Assembly: GCF_036321535.1 (NCBI RefSeq) | Contig: NC_087437.1 | Coordinates: 5,270,001 to 5,334,000, forward strand | DNA length: 64,000 nt | Direction: 5' to 3' | Origin: Camelus dromedarius | Taxonomy: Eukaryota | Shown: in pieces, positions 1 to 11,330 of the stretch | How the letters are laid out: each line of letters starts with the position of its first letter | Numbering within the stretch: position 1 is the stretch's first letter | Notes under the pieces: generated by a model | Told to the model about the DNA's origin: nothing | The model's input: only the letters and a program-made list of their open reading frames with translations | The model's database searches: none | Made by a program: the position numbers and the translations under genes

Positions 1-452
1 AGAGTTTGGACCCAGCTGGGTCCAGGAAACCCCCATCGGTGGCATCTGTGGAAACTAAGCACATTTGACAGAGAAGGCTTTCACTCGGGGTTGCTTTGCA
101 GCTGCAAAGATGAACAAAAGAATAGAAACAGTTAAAAGACACAACTGTGGTCAGTGAAACTGCTGCTTAATTGCCCCCCGCTTGAGAGAAAGAAAAAAGA
201 AAAAAACTCCCGGAGAGTCAGTAATATGCTTGTTAGCATATTCAGATTTCAATTAAAGCCAAATAGCCCTCTACTCTGAATGCTCCGGCCTGCTCGCCGC
301 AAACAATGTTTCTCTAAGTAGAGAGCCGAGTGGCAGACGTGCGCAGAATGGGAGTGGAGGTTCGGCGGCCGGCGGTGGGGGAGGCGGGGGCTGTAACATC
401 TGTTTTGATTTTTTGAAATTGTAGTGTGACCAAAATATGTTTGCCATTCCAG

Positions 453-561
453 AAAAATATCCTCGATTTAGTCAATGAATTTCCCGAGAAGATGGCGTGC
501 AGTTTGCATGTCACGAAACAGACTGCACAAATCAGTGCAGAACTCAAGCCGTACATCACGG
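453..561 (+). CDS. OXNAD1: OXNAD1 penultimate coding exon (oxidoreductase NAD-binding domain-containing protein 1)
   Basis: ttccAG acceptor at 451-452, GTGAGT donor at 562. Translates [36 protein letters not shown] plus 1 nt, matching the recalled OXNAD1 sequence. The phase-1 end joins exon 1217 in frame. Confidence 0.96.
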
Positions 562-1216
562 GTGAGTCCCTCACAGAGATTCTGACCATCTCCACACCAT
601 GATTTTGTGGATCGGCCGGTTGGTGGAGGGTAGCTGCCTTATGGCCGGGAGTTGCTGGCTGGGAATGTCACTACCTGGGGAACTGAGAGATGATTCATCC
701 TGGAAAGAATAAGGAGAGATTAGTTGGATTGACTTATTACATACAGATTTCCTCCTGCCCGTATGAAAAATGTATTTTCTGCATTTTTTTAAGGGACCTT
801 TGCATCATCAGTGTATGTATGCATACAAAGACTTTATACTCCAGCTATGAATGGAATCAGTTCCATTTGCCATTAAGAGAGGTTTCCCTTCTTGGAAGGA
901 TTTCTCACAAAACAGTTTATTTACTTTGCTGAAGGCAGTTTTGAATCTGTCCCAGAGATCAGTGCACTCCCGGGCCCTGTGTGGAGAGAGCATTACCGTG
1001 AGCTGCCCACGTTGTTTGCCATGAATTCTGGAACCTGGAGGCGCGCTCTCTGCTGGGGTCTGGCCCGGACGCTGACTCAGAACGCAACCCACTGAGCTTG
1101 CGTGGCTGAAAGCAAACACTGTTGCTGAGTTGTGGTTTGTCCTTCCTCATTTCAGTACAAACGTGTCTGGCTTCACTTGGTGTTTTTCCTGTTTTGTTTT
1201 GTTTTGTTTTTGGTAG

Positions 1217-1371
1217 AAGGAAGAATCACGGAGAAGGAGTTAAGTGATCATATTTCGAAGGAGACTTTGTTCTACATTTGCGGCCCACCTCCGATGACAG
1301 ACTTCTTCTCCAAGGAGCTGGAAGACCGCCACGTGCCCCCGGAGCACATTTGCTTTGAGAAATGGTGGTAG
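1217..1371 (+). CDS. OXNAD1: OXNAD1 last coding exon
   Basis: T-rich tract and tAG acceptor at 1215-1216. Encodes (E)[50 protein letters not shown], with the FNR-family YICGPPPM motif and TAG at 1369-1371. Confidence 0.97.
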
Positions 1372-1511
1372 GAGCTGGCCGAGGCGGGAAAGGGAGCGTC
1401 AGGGCCACTCAGGACAGTGACAGATAGTACGTTCTGTGATTCCTGGCAGGATGAGTTGACCTCTCCCCAGTCTTAGGTTTTTAAGGCTGTGAACTAAGTG
1501 ACCAGTTGGTG

Positions 1512-1517
1512 AATAAA
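1512..1517 (+). terminator. Candidate proximal poly(A) signal of OXNAD1 (AATAAA); alternatives ATTAAA 1571-1576 and AATAAA 1777-1782
   Basis: Canonical hexamer about 140 nt after the stop codon. Usage cannot be determined from sequence. Confidence 0.55.
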
Positions 1518-3369
1518 AGGAAAACCGGCTGACAGTCTTAAGTGATAAACTTTTTGCAAAAGCCTCATTGATTAAACTCTTTCTTACCATGTTGAGTTGC
1601 TTTTATGAGTCACTGATTATCTCAGGCCGTACCTCAAATTGGTCAATACAGATTTTCTTTCCCCTTAAGGAAAAGAAAGACATATCCATATATTTCATCC
1701 TATGAAGATATGGTTTTGTGGGTGACATATAGGCTATCTTTAAATTATTTGACAACAATCTGTGTATCTTACGTTGAATAAACTTAAACCTATTCTTAAT
1801 TTTGCTGTGAAATTCTTTCTGTGTAATGTCTCTGTTTACCTTAGTGTGGCCGGCAGGCTTGCTTCTTCCAACCAGCAGAGTTGGGTTTGGAAATAGAGCA
1901 GTTAGGAGAGCAGCTTTAGGGAAGCGAACATCCAGCATATTTGCTTCATGTATATGAATATCCTCAGTATGTATCCTTTCAGTTTCTCCTCAAATGCAGC
2001 CTTTTCTGGGGTCGGTGTCTCGGCTGCCTGCCTCCTCACTCCACCCAGGAGGCAGCTTCTCGTTGAGGACAAAGGTGCTGATGGCTGCAGAGTTCCCCCT
2101 TGAGTCTGTTTTCAGTGGCCCGGCTGTCTGTAGAAACGTGCTGAGGGTGGGTGAGGGGGTACAGAGCCCGTTCCCAATCCTGCTTCTCTGCCTTTCATTT
2201 TGTTCTCTTGCCGGCATTGTGCCTGGCACAGCAGCACCCCCGTCCCTTGTTGAGTGACTGAGAGAAAGCAACCAGTGTTCAACCCCTGCCTGGCTGGGGT
2301 GGGGAGGCGGCCCCTGGGGTGGGCAGAGAGTGATGGGGCATCATCCCAGAGCCGCTCCGGTGGAACTGCTAGAAAGCAGACTGTACTTCCTCTCTCCATG
2401 GAGATATTCAGAACAAAAGAAATCCTTCCTGGGACCAGCAGTCCGGGCCATGGCGCCTTCCTGGGGAACAGGTCCAGGAAGAAGGGCAGGCCAGCTGCAG
2501 ATGCAGGCTCCCACTGTTCGGATTCTGTTCTCTACCTGATGAGCGAGGTCACGCAGCCCTTTCTCATCTCTGGGACTGCAGGTCTTACAGGGACTTCGGG
2601 CTCAAAGACATCAGTGATTTGTGGGGCCTGACGACGGCTGGCCTCCCTGTTCTAGCCTCTGCCCTGTTTTGAACTTTGAACTGTTTCAATCCCAGATGTG
2701 AGTTCAGTAGGCGGGAAGGGGGGTGTTGGGCTTTTGGGGGCGAGAGAGTCCATTCAGGGCAGTGATCGTCAGCATTTCAGGGGTGAGGGGCGTGTGGGAG
2801 GCTCTGGCCTCCGTAAGGAGCCCTCAGTCACCTGTTGGCCCCAAAGCATCCAGGCCGAGGGCTGAGCACTTCTGAGGCGAGGGCCACAGTGTGACGAGAT
2901 TCAGGGCTGCAGGGACAGTAAAGGGCTCTTCTGCCAACTGGCCGAGGCAGCTGCAGGGAGGATTCACAAAGGAACAGAGAGAATGGCCACCCCAGGGGTT
3001 TCCATCCTGGGAGCGGAAGTGCCGGGGAGGTCTTCCAGGCATCACAGACGGGAGCACAGGGAGGTACCACCTATGGCTCCATCTGTCCCACCCCATGGCT
3101 TGTCTTCCTGCTGTGGGCACAGAGCAAGAGCCCAGATCTGCCCGCCACCCTGCGGCCCTCTGAACTGCTGAAGGGTCAGGTCATGACCTGGGCTGGGACC
3201 GTAGCTCCGTCCAGCTCTGCCATCATGGGTGTTGAGTGCTGAGCAGCATTTCTGGTCTGCCGATCAAGACTGTCCTTTTGCCCTTATTTGCTGGGCTGGT
3301 CAAGATCTCCCTGGGCTTAGAGTTGAGTGAACTCCAGCCAGGGGTGGCCTGGCATTTAGTGTTGGGGCT

Positions 3370-3600
3370 GAGAGTGCTAATGGGAAAGCCCTTGAGCCAG
3401 ATTGCTTGGGTTCAAATCTCAGCTCTGCCACTTACTAGGTCGATGACCTGGAGTGAGTCCCTGCATTATGCTTCGGTTTATAATTACACACATGTACACA
3501 CGCGTGTAAATCAGAGGTACTAAGACTATCTACCTCATGGGCCTGTTATGAAGTGCTTGGCAGAGCACGGCCTGAGCAGGAGTGTGTTACTAACTTGCTC
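3370..3600 (+). mobile_element. MIR SINE relic
   Basis: MIR core: ttgcttgggttcaaatctcagctctgccacttactagg...tgacctgg. Confidence 0.7.
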
Positions 3601-4129
3601 TTCCTTGTCCTACTGAGACAGGAGTTCCAGAGGCGGATGGCGCAGGCCTATCCGCCTGCCCATCACCCTCCCGCGGGTAAGGCAGGGAGGGCTCCGTCTT
3701 GTTCAGCGCTCTCCTGGGCACGTGGTAGGTTCCAACTCGATATTTCCTTCATGGGTGAAAGGGCCCGCCCAGAGCTAATGGGCTGTTGTCAAGGCATTCT
3801 TAAGCATCCTTCTGGCTGTATCATGAATTCCTGGAAGGATGTTTCTTCTTGCGACGTGAGACCCTTTCAGTCTACTCAAAAGAGCTTAAGCTGATGTTTG
3901 AGTCTTTCTCAAATGTTAAGTGTCAGCATGAGCTCTAATGCTCATCAGAAAATAAGTCAAATACCAGTTCTTTTCCAAAGAGGCTACCAGGAAAGTGGCT
4001 GTCTGTGAGGCCCAGAGTGCTTCCTTCCTCATCCCACAGTGTCTGCATGTGGGCGTGGAGCTCGGAGGTAAGGATGTTCCCTGGGACACTGGTTCTGGTC
4101 AGTAGCCCCTACCTACCCTGAAAGGAACA

Positions 4130-5100
4130 AATCTTATTATGAAAGTTTTCAAAGAGAGAGCGAAGTAGAGAAGACAGTGAAATTAACTCTTCTACATCTA
4201 TCACCAGCTTCACTGATTACCAGCATTCTGCTGTTGAGTTCAGTCTGCCTTCAACTTCTTTGTGTTTTGAGGTCTCGGGATTATTTTGAAGCCAATCCTA
4301 GAAATATCACGTCACCTGTAAATTTTTCAGTAAACAGAGCTGAATCACCTCTCCGTGACCACAGTACCGTCATCACACTCCACACAAGTAACGGTGATTC
4401 CTTAATAGCATCTCAGACCTTTCTGCGTTTTTCCCCAACTGCCTCAAAGTCTACACATTGTGTTTGCTTGTTATGTCTTTTGAGTTTCTTCTAATCCACA
4501 GTCCCCTGTCCTCGTCCCACGCACATCTCCATAGATTACACTTTGTTGAAGAAACTGGGTTACCAGTCCTACAGACTTCCCCACGTTGCTAGCCCAGCCT
4601 GCTCCATCCTCGAGGTGGCATTGGACATGAGCCTCCATCCTCTGCATTTCCCGTCAGCTGGTAAGTAGATCTAGAGTAGATCTAGAGTAAGTAGTTCTTG
4701 ACTCATTCAGAGTCAAGAACTTTTTTTTGCTAGACGACACCATTGGTGGTGTTTGTATTTCTGTTGCATCCCAAAGAGGCACCTACTCCCTGTCCACTTC
4801 CAGTATTTTCAAGATTGATCAGTAGGTCCAGCTTTTTTCAGCCTGATCCCCCCAGTATAAATTTCCCTATCATCCTTCACCCAGTTATCTTAGTAGCTGG
4901 TGATCATGACCTATACCTACTATTTCACTAAGAATTAATTATCCATCTCTGTCATTTTTTTTTACATTTATTACCTGTGATTCCTCTGAAAAGAACTTTT
5001 CCCTCATTGTCTCTGCCCTGAAATCAGTCTGAATAGCAAAGACAGGATCAATGATTGATTCTTTCCCTTTATCAATTAGTCTTAGGAGTTGGTGTCCTAG
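4130..5100 (-). mobile_element. Old L1 (L1MC/L1ME-like) 3' region relic
   Basis: Degenerate resemblance to old L1 3' UTRs; boundaries approximate. Confidence 0.45.
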
Positions 5101-5555
5101 CAACCTCCAGAGATAACCAGTGAGATGAAAAGTGTCATTATGAACTCTTGGCTTTTCGTACCTTTGACTGTTTGCCTCCAGTGTGGTCAGTTCTTCCATG
5201 TTCAGCTTGTTGGGGGTCGCCCTGGCTGTGTTCATGGGGGGCCACACTGTTGTGGGGGTTGGTGAGGTTTGAGGATATTAGAGTTGGAAAAAGTGCTCAA
5301 ATAAACAGGAGGAAGGAGAAGGAGATGAGTGTGGTGTCCGAAAGCCACATGAAGAAAGTGTCTCCAGCAGGACAGGCGAGTCAGCTGTGTCACACTGAGA
5401 TGTGACAGGAGAGACAGGTTCTGATGAGCAGCCACTGATGGAGCAGCTGGAGGGTCACCGGGGACCCTGATGAGGGGGTGTTAAGACTGAAACGTTGTGG
5501 TGGGCTTGGGGACAACTGGGAGGAAAGAGATTGTAACGAATGAGTATAAGTCGTT

Positions 5556-5614
5556 TAAAAGACTTACTCTAAAAAAAAATAGTAATAATAAAAAAATAAA
5601 AGACTTACTCTAAA
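5556..5614 (+). mobile_element. Poly(A)-only retrotransposon insertion with 18-bp target-site duplication
   Basis: TAAAAGACTTACTCTAAA at 5556-5573 and 5597-5614 flanks a 23-nt A-rich insert at a TTT/AAAA site. Confidence 0.75.
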
Positions 5615-5699
5615 GGGAAGGGAAAAGATGGGATGGTAGCTGGAAAGGGAAGTGAGGTCAAGAGAACTCCATTTTTAAACTCATTGTTTAATATTTGTT

Positions 5700-5880
5700 T
5701 TTTAAACTTTATGAAATAATTTTCGGTTTATAGAAGAGTCACAAAAATTGCACAAGGTTTCCATACGCACTTTGCCCGGCTCCCCCAAACGACAGCGTCC
5801 TTCATCAGTGTGGTATGCTTATCAAAAGTAAGGAGTCAACAGCACAGTTAATTGGTACAGTACTATTAACTAAACCACAG
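5700..5880 (-). mobile_element. L1MC-like 3' end fragment
   Basis: ttttatgaaataattttcggtttatagaagagt...ggtacagtactattaactaaaccacag resembles old L1 3' termini. Confidence 0.55.
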
Positions 5881-6132
5881 TTCGTTTTCTTAAGATGAGA
5901 GAAGTAACATTTTGATTTTATGAAAAAACCCAAAAGAGTCATTTAATGGGGCTCCACCTGAGGAGGTGACAGCTTTTTCTAGAAGATGATAAATTAATTA
6001 ACTGTTCCCAAGGTCTACTATGTGCAGTCACTGTGCTAGAAATTCAAGGTAGGAAAGTAAAAACAAAGGTTATCTTGAGAAGCAACTTAAATACTTTGGG
6101 AAACTATTTTTTGTCATTGAAAGTGGAAATGC

Positions 6133-9100
6133 ACTGAATTAAACAACAAATAAAAAAGGTCATACACCATGATCACGTTCATCCCAGGGTCACAAGGATG
6201 GTTCAGCATCACAAAATCAATCAGTGTGATACACACATCCACGAGAGAACTGACAGATCACAGGACCATCCCAATAGATGCAGAGAAAGCACTTGATAAA
6301 ATTCAACATCCATTCATGATAAAACCTTTAATCCAAGCAGGTATAGAGGAAACATAGCTCAACATAACAAAAGCTATTTATGACACACCTACAGCCAACA
6401 TAATATTCGATAGTGAAAAGCTGAAACCCTTCCTGCTAAAGTCTAGAAAAAGACAAGGATGCCCCCTCTCACCACTGCTATTCGATATAGTATTGGACAT
6501 CCTGGCCACAGCGGTCAGACAAGGAAAAGAAAGAAAAGGGATCCAAAGTGGGAGAGACGCTGTAAAACATTCACTGTATGCGGATGACAGGATACTATAC
6601 ACAGAAAATCCTAAAGACTCCACACAAAGCCTACTAGATCTTATAAACAAATTCAGCAACATAGCAAGATACAAGATTAAAAAACAAATCTGTTGCATTT
6701 CTTTACACTCATAATGAAATATCAGAAAAGGAAAGTTAAAAAAAAATCCCTTTTAAAATTACATTAAAAAATACTTAGGAAATTTGACCAAGGAGGTGAA
6801 AGACTTATACACTGAAACTATAAAACATTGATAAAAGAAATTAAAGATGTTTGAAAGAAATGGAAAGATATCCCATGCTCTTGGATTGGAAGAATTAATA
6901 TTGTTAAAACGGCCATACTACGAAAGCAATCTACAGATTTAATGTGATCCCTATCAAATTATCCAGGACATTTTTCACAGAACTAGAACAAATAATCTTA
7001 AAACTTAAATGGAACCACAAAAGACCCAGAATTGCCAAAGCAATACTGAAGAAAAAGAATGAAGCTGGAGGAATAACCCTCCCAAACTTAAAACAATACT
7101 ACAGAACTATAGAAATCAAAACAGCAAGGTATTGGCACAAAAACAGACATATGGATCAATGGAACAGAAAGCCCAGAAATAAACCCACACACCTATGATC
7201 AATTACTCTTCAACAAAGGAGGCAAGAACACACAATGGAGAAAAGACAGTCTCTTCAGCAAGTGGCATTGGGAAAACCGGGTAGCTGCGTGTAAACCAAT
7301 AAAGTTAGAACACTCCCTCACACCACACCCAAAAATAAACTCAAAACGGCTTAAAGACTTAAACATAAGACAAGACACCATAAAAACCTCTAGAAGAAAA
7401 CATAAGCAAAACATTATCTGACATAAATCTTAGCAGTGTTCTCCTAGGGCAGTCTAACCAAGCAATAGAAATAAAAGCAAAAATAAACAAATGGGACCTA
7501 ATTAAACTTACAAGCGTTTGCACAGCAAAGGAAACCATAAGCAAAACAAAATGACAACCTATGGAATGGGAGAGAATATTTGCAAAAGATGAGACTGACA
7601 AGGGCTTAATCTCCAGAATGTGTAAACAGCTAGTACAACTTAACAAAAAACAACCCAGTCCAAAAATGGGCAAAAGACCTAAACAAGCAATTCTCCAAGG
7701 AAGAATTACAAATGATCAATAGGCATATGAAAAAATGCTCAATATCACTAATTATCATAGGAATGCAAATCAAGACTACAATGAGGTATCACGTCACACC
7801 AGAATGGCCAGCATTCAAAAGTCCACAAATGACAAATGCTGGAGACGCTGTGGAGAAAAGGGAACCCTCCTTCACTGCTGGTGGGAATGCAGTTTGGTGC
7901 AGCCACTGTGGAAAACACTATGGAGATTCCTCAAAAGACTAGGAATAGACTTACCATATGACCCAGTCATCCCACTCCTGGTCATATATCCAGAAGGAAC
8001 CCTACTTCAAAATGACACCTGCACCCCAATGTGCATAGCAGCACTATTTACAATAGCCAAGACATGGAAACAGCCTAGATGTCCATCAACAGATGACTGG
8101 ATAAAGAAGCTGTGGTGTATTTATACAATGGAATACTATTCAGCCATAAAAACCGACAACATGACACCATTTGCGGCAACATGGATGTTCCTGGAGAATG
8201 TTATTCTAAGTGAAGTAAGCCAGAAAGAGAAAGAAAATTACCATATGAGATCATTCATATGTGGAATCTAAGAAAAACAAAACAAAACATAAATACAAAA
8301 CAGAAACAGACTCATAGACATAGAATACAAACCTGTGGTTGCCAAGGGGGCAGGGGGTGGGAAGGGACAGACTGGGATTTTAAAATGTAGAATAGATAAA
8401 CAAGATTATACTGTATAGCACAGGGAAATATATACAAGATCTTGTGGTAGCTCACAGCAAAAAAAAATGTGACAGTGAATACATGTATGTTCATGTATAA
8501 CTGAAAAATTGTGCTCTACACTGGAATTTGACACAACATTGTAAAATGACTAGAACAATAAAGAAATGTTAAACAAAACCCAATCCAAAAATGGGCAGAA
8601 GACCTAAAAAGGCAATTCTTCAATGAAGACATACAAATGGCCAATAGGCACATGAAAAAATACTCAATATCACTAATTACGAGAGAAATGCAAATCAAAA
8701 CTACAATGAGATATCACTTCACACCAGTCAGAATGGCCGTCATTCAGATGTCCACAAGTGATAAATGCTGGAGAGGGTCTGGAGAAAAGGGAACCCTCCT
8801 ACACTACTGGTGGGAATGTAATTTGGTGCAGCCACTATGCAGAACAGTCTGGAGGTTCCTCAAAAAACTAAAAAATAAGAGTTACCATATGATCCAGCAA
8901 TCCCACTCTTGGGCATATATCCAGAGAAAACTCTAATTCAAAAAGATACGTGCACCCCAATGTTCATAGCAGCACTATATGTAATAGCCAAGACATGGAA
9001 GCAATCTAAATGTCCATCGACAGATGACTGGATAAAGAAGCTGTGGTATATATACACAATGGAATTACTATTCAGCCATAAAAAGGAATGAAATAATGTG

Positions 9101-9414
9101 ATTTGAAGCAACATGGATGGACCTAGAGATGATCATATCAAGTTAAGTAAGTCAGACAGAGAAAGACAAATATCATATGATATCACTTATATGTGGAATC
9201 TCAAAAAATAATACAAATGAATTTATTTACAAAACAGAAAGAGACTCAAAGACACAGAAAGCAAATTTAGGCTTACCAAAGTGGAAAGAGGGGCAGGGAT
9301 AAATTAGGAATTTGGGATTAGGAGATACAAACTTATATAAAATAAACAACAAGGATTTACTGTATAGCACAGGGAACTGTATTCAGTATCTTGTAATAAC
9401 CTACAATGAAAAAG

Positions 9415-9446
<32 letters not shown>

Positions 9447-9512
9447 ACTGAATCACTATGCTGTACACCAGAAACTAACATTATAAATTACCTATACTTC
9501 AATTTTTTTTAA
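6133..9512 (+). mobile_element. 5'-truncated composite LINE-1 (disrupted ORF2 RT and C-terminal region, two 3' UTRs)
   Basis: ORF fragments resemble L1 ORF2: [56 protein letters not shown]. 13-bp TSD AAAGTGGAAATGC at 6120-6132 and 9513-9525. First 3' end near 8573, second near 9512. Confidence 0.95.
9415..9446. repeat. (TA)n/(TATG)n microsatellite within an L1 3' UTR
   Basis: Direct reading. Confidence 0.9.
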
Positions 9513-10229
9513 AAAGTGGAAATGCTTTGGGGAAAAAAATTTTTTTGTTTTGCAACTATATCTGGTTGAAAGACTGCAGAACTTGGATGACAGGGTGGTT
9601 CACAGCAGTGATGGGGAGGTGAGGGGACAGTGGGAAAGGCTGAACCCACTCTGGGGACAGTGCTGGGAGAATTGTTCCTACACGATGCAGTGTCGCAAGT
9701 GTGTCCATGTGAGCAGGTGCGAATACCAGTACGTGGGCACACACAGTGACTGTCAGACACCGTCCAATGTCATGTGCCTCTGCCTGAGACTTTTCTTTCT
9801 GAAAAAACAGCAGTATCCTTCATTCCTGGGTATTGCAGACGATCATATCCTGATAATTCAACCTGAGAACTGTTATTTCGTTTTATTTTAAGTGAACCTC
9901 AAAGAAGCACCCTGCTCTCATCTCAGAGAAGTAGTGAGATATCTCGTCTTTAACAGTACTCTTCCCTAATAGGCGCCTACACAGCCAGCGTAGTGATGAC
10001 ATTTAAAGATACCTCCTAAGCCACCACCGAACCCAGGCATGCCTTTAAAAATGCTTCGTGCTCAGGAACCCAGACTTCCCCAGTTGTTGAGCAGCCGTCT
10101 TGATCCAGTCTGTTCTGAGCTCTTACCAACCTTGCAGGGCCCGTTCACCTAGCCCGGTCTCTTTCATCTCACCCCCGTGCCCCGTTTCGCTCTGCTTGAG
10201 CATACCAAGATTCTGTCGATTTCTTTGTT

Positions 10230-11330
10230 CTTTTTTAATTACCTGATACACTGATCATTAAAAAAATCAAATAATATAAAAGGTATGTAAACTAAAATTC
10301 TGAAGTTCTCTCCCCATGCCACTCCCTCACCTAGAATGAACTTCATAAAAAGCTTGCTGGGCAGCCTGTTAGACTTTTTACAGTGTATTGATGTGGAATA
10401 CCTATAAAATATGTGTGCTTTTAGATTTCATTGCATTTAATACACTGCAAATTACGGATATATATACCAGGATGTACTTAACCATATCTCTCCAACAGAC
10501 ATTTCCCAGTTTGGGTCCATTACAAACAATTTACAGTGAACAAATTTGTGCACATGGTCCCGTACAATTGCTAGCATTGTCATTTCTGGATCAAAAATTG
10601 ACTGGCATTTTCAAAATGCCCTATAAATGCCTGATCGATTTATAGTCTAACGGCTCATGAAAGTACCCATTTCCCTACCTTCTGGCTAATACTAGATATT
10701 CTAAATCTTTACACAGTTTTTCCTAGTCAGTTAGATGAAAGGTTTTTTTTTTTAATTTCCTGTTTGCTCTCCAGCATCGTTTTTCCATCAAGTGTTCTAG
10801 CCATTTCTCTCTTCTTTTGAGAATTGTGTGCTCACATTTTGTCCATTTTGATATCTGATTTGTAATTCTTCATACAATAGATGCTAATCCTTTGTCCATT
10901 ATATATATATTGCAAACACTTCCCCCAGTCTATTCCCTGTCCCTGAATTCTGTTTCTTATAACTTATACCAGAGTTTTACATTTATATATAATCAGATAT
11001 GTCAGTCTTTCCCCCTTGGTTTTTATGGATGTATCTTCTTCTGATACTTTTGCAGGTCTTTAATCCATTGGGAATTAATTTTTGTGCTGGATGGGGGACA
11101 GGGGTCTCACTTCTGCCATATGGCTGGCTCTCCAGTTGCTTGACACCATTTATGAAACATTCCCCCCTTTCCCCGATGGTTTGGAATGACTCCTTTATCA
11201 CATACTGAATTCCCCTCACCACTCTGTTTCGGAAGTTTCCTTGTTTGTACCTGTTCTGAAATCACACTGTTTTCATTAATTTATCTTTTCAGTTCGTCCT
11301 GTATATTCTTTACCACATCTTTTTCATCCT
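10230..11330 (-). mobile_element. Old L1 (L1ME-like) relic
   Basis: Degenerate antisense ORF2-like text (gatgctaatcctttgtcc...ttgcaaacacttcccccagtct; taggtctttaatccatt-like). Confidence 0.55.

Noticed and set aside
4664..4690. AGTAGATCTAG tandem duplication with palindromic core
   Set aside because: 11-bp slippage duplication inside an old L1 relic; no sign of function.
6169..9091. L1 ORF2 ORFs as an active reverse transcriptase gene
   Set aside because: 5'-truncated with multiple frameshifts and stops; no endonuclease domain or ORF1.
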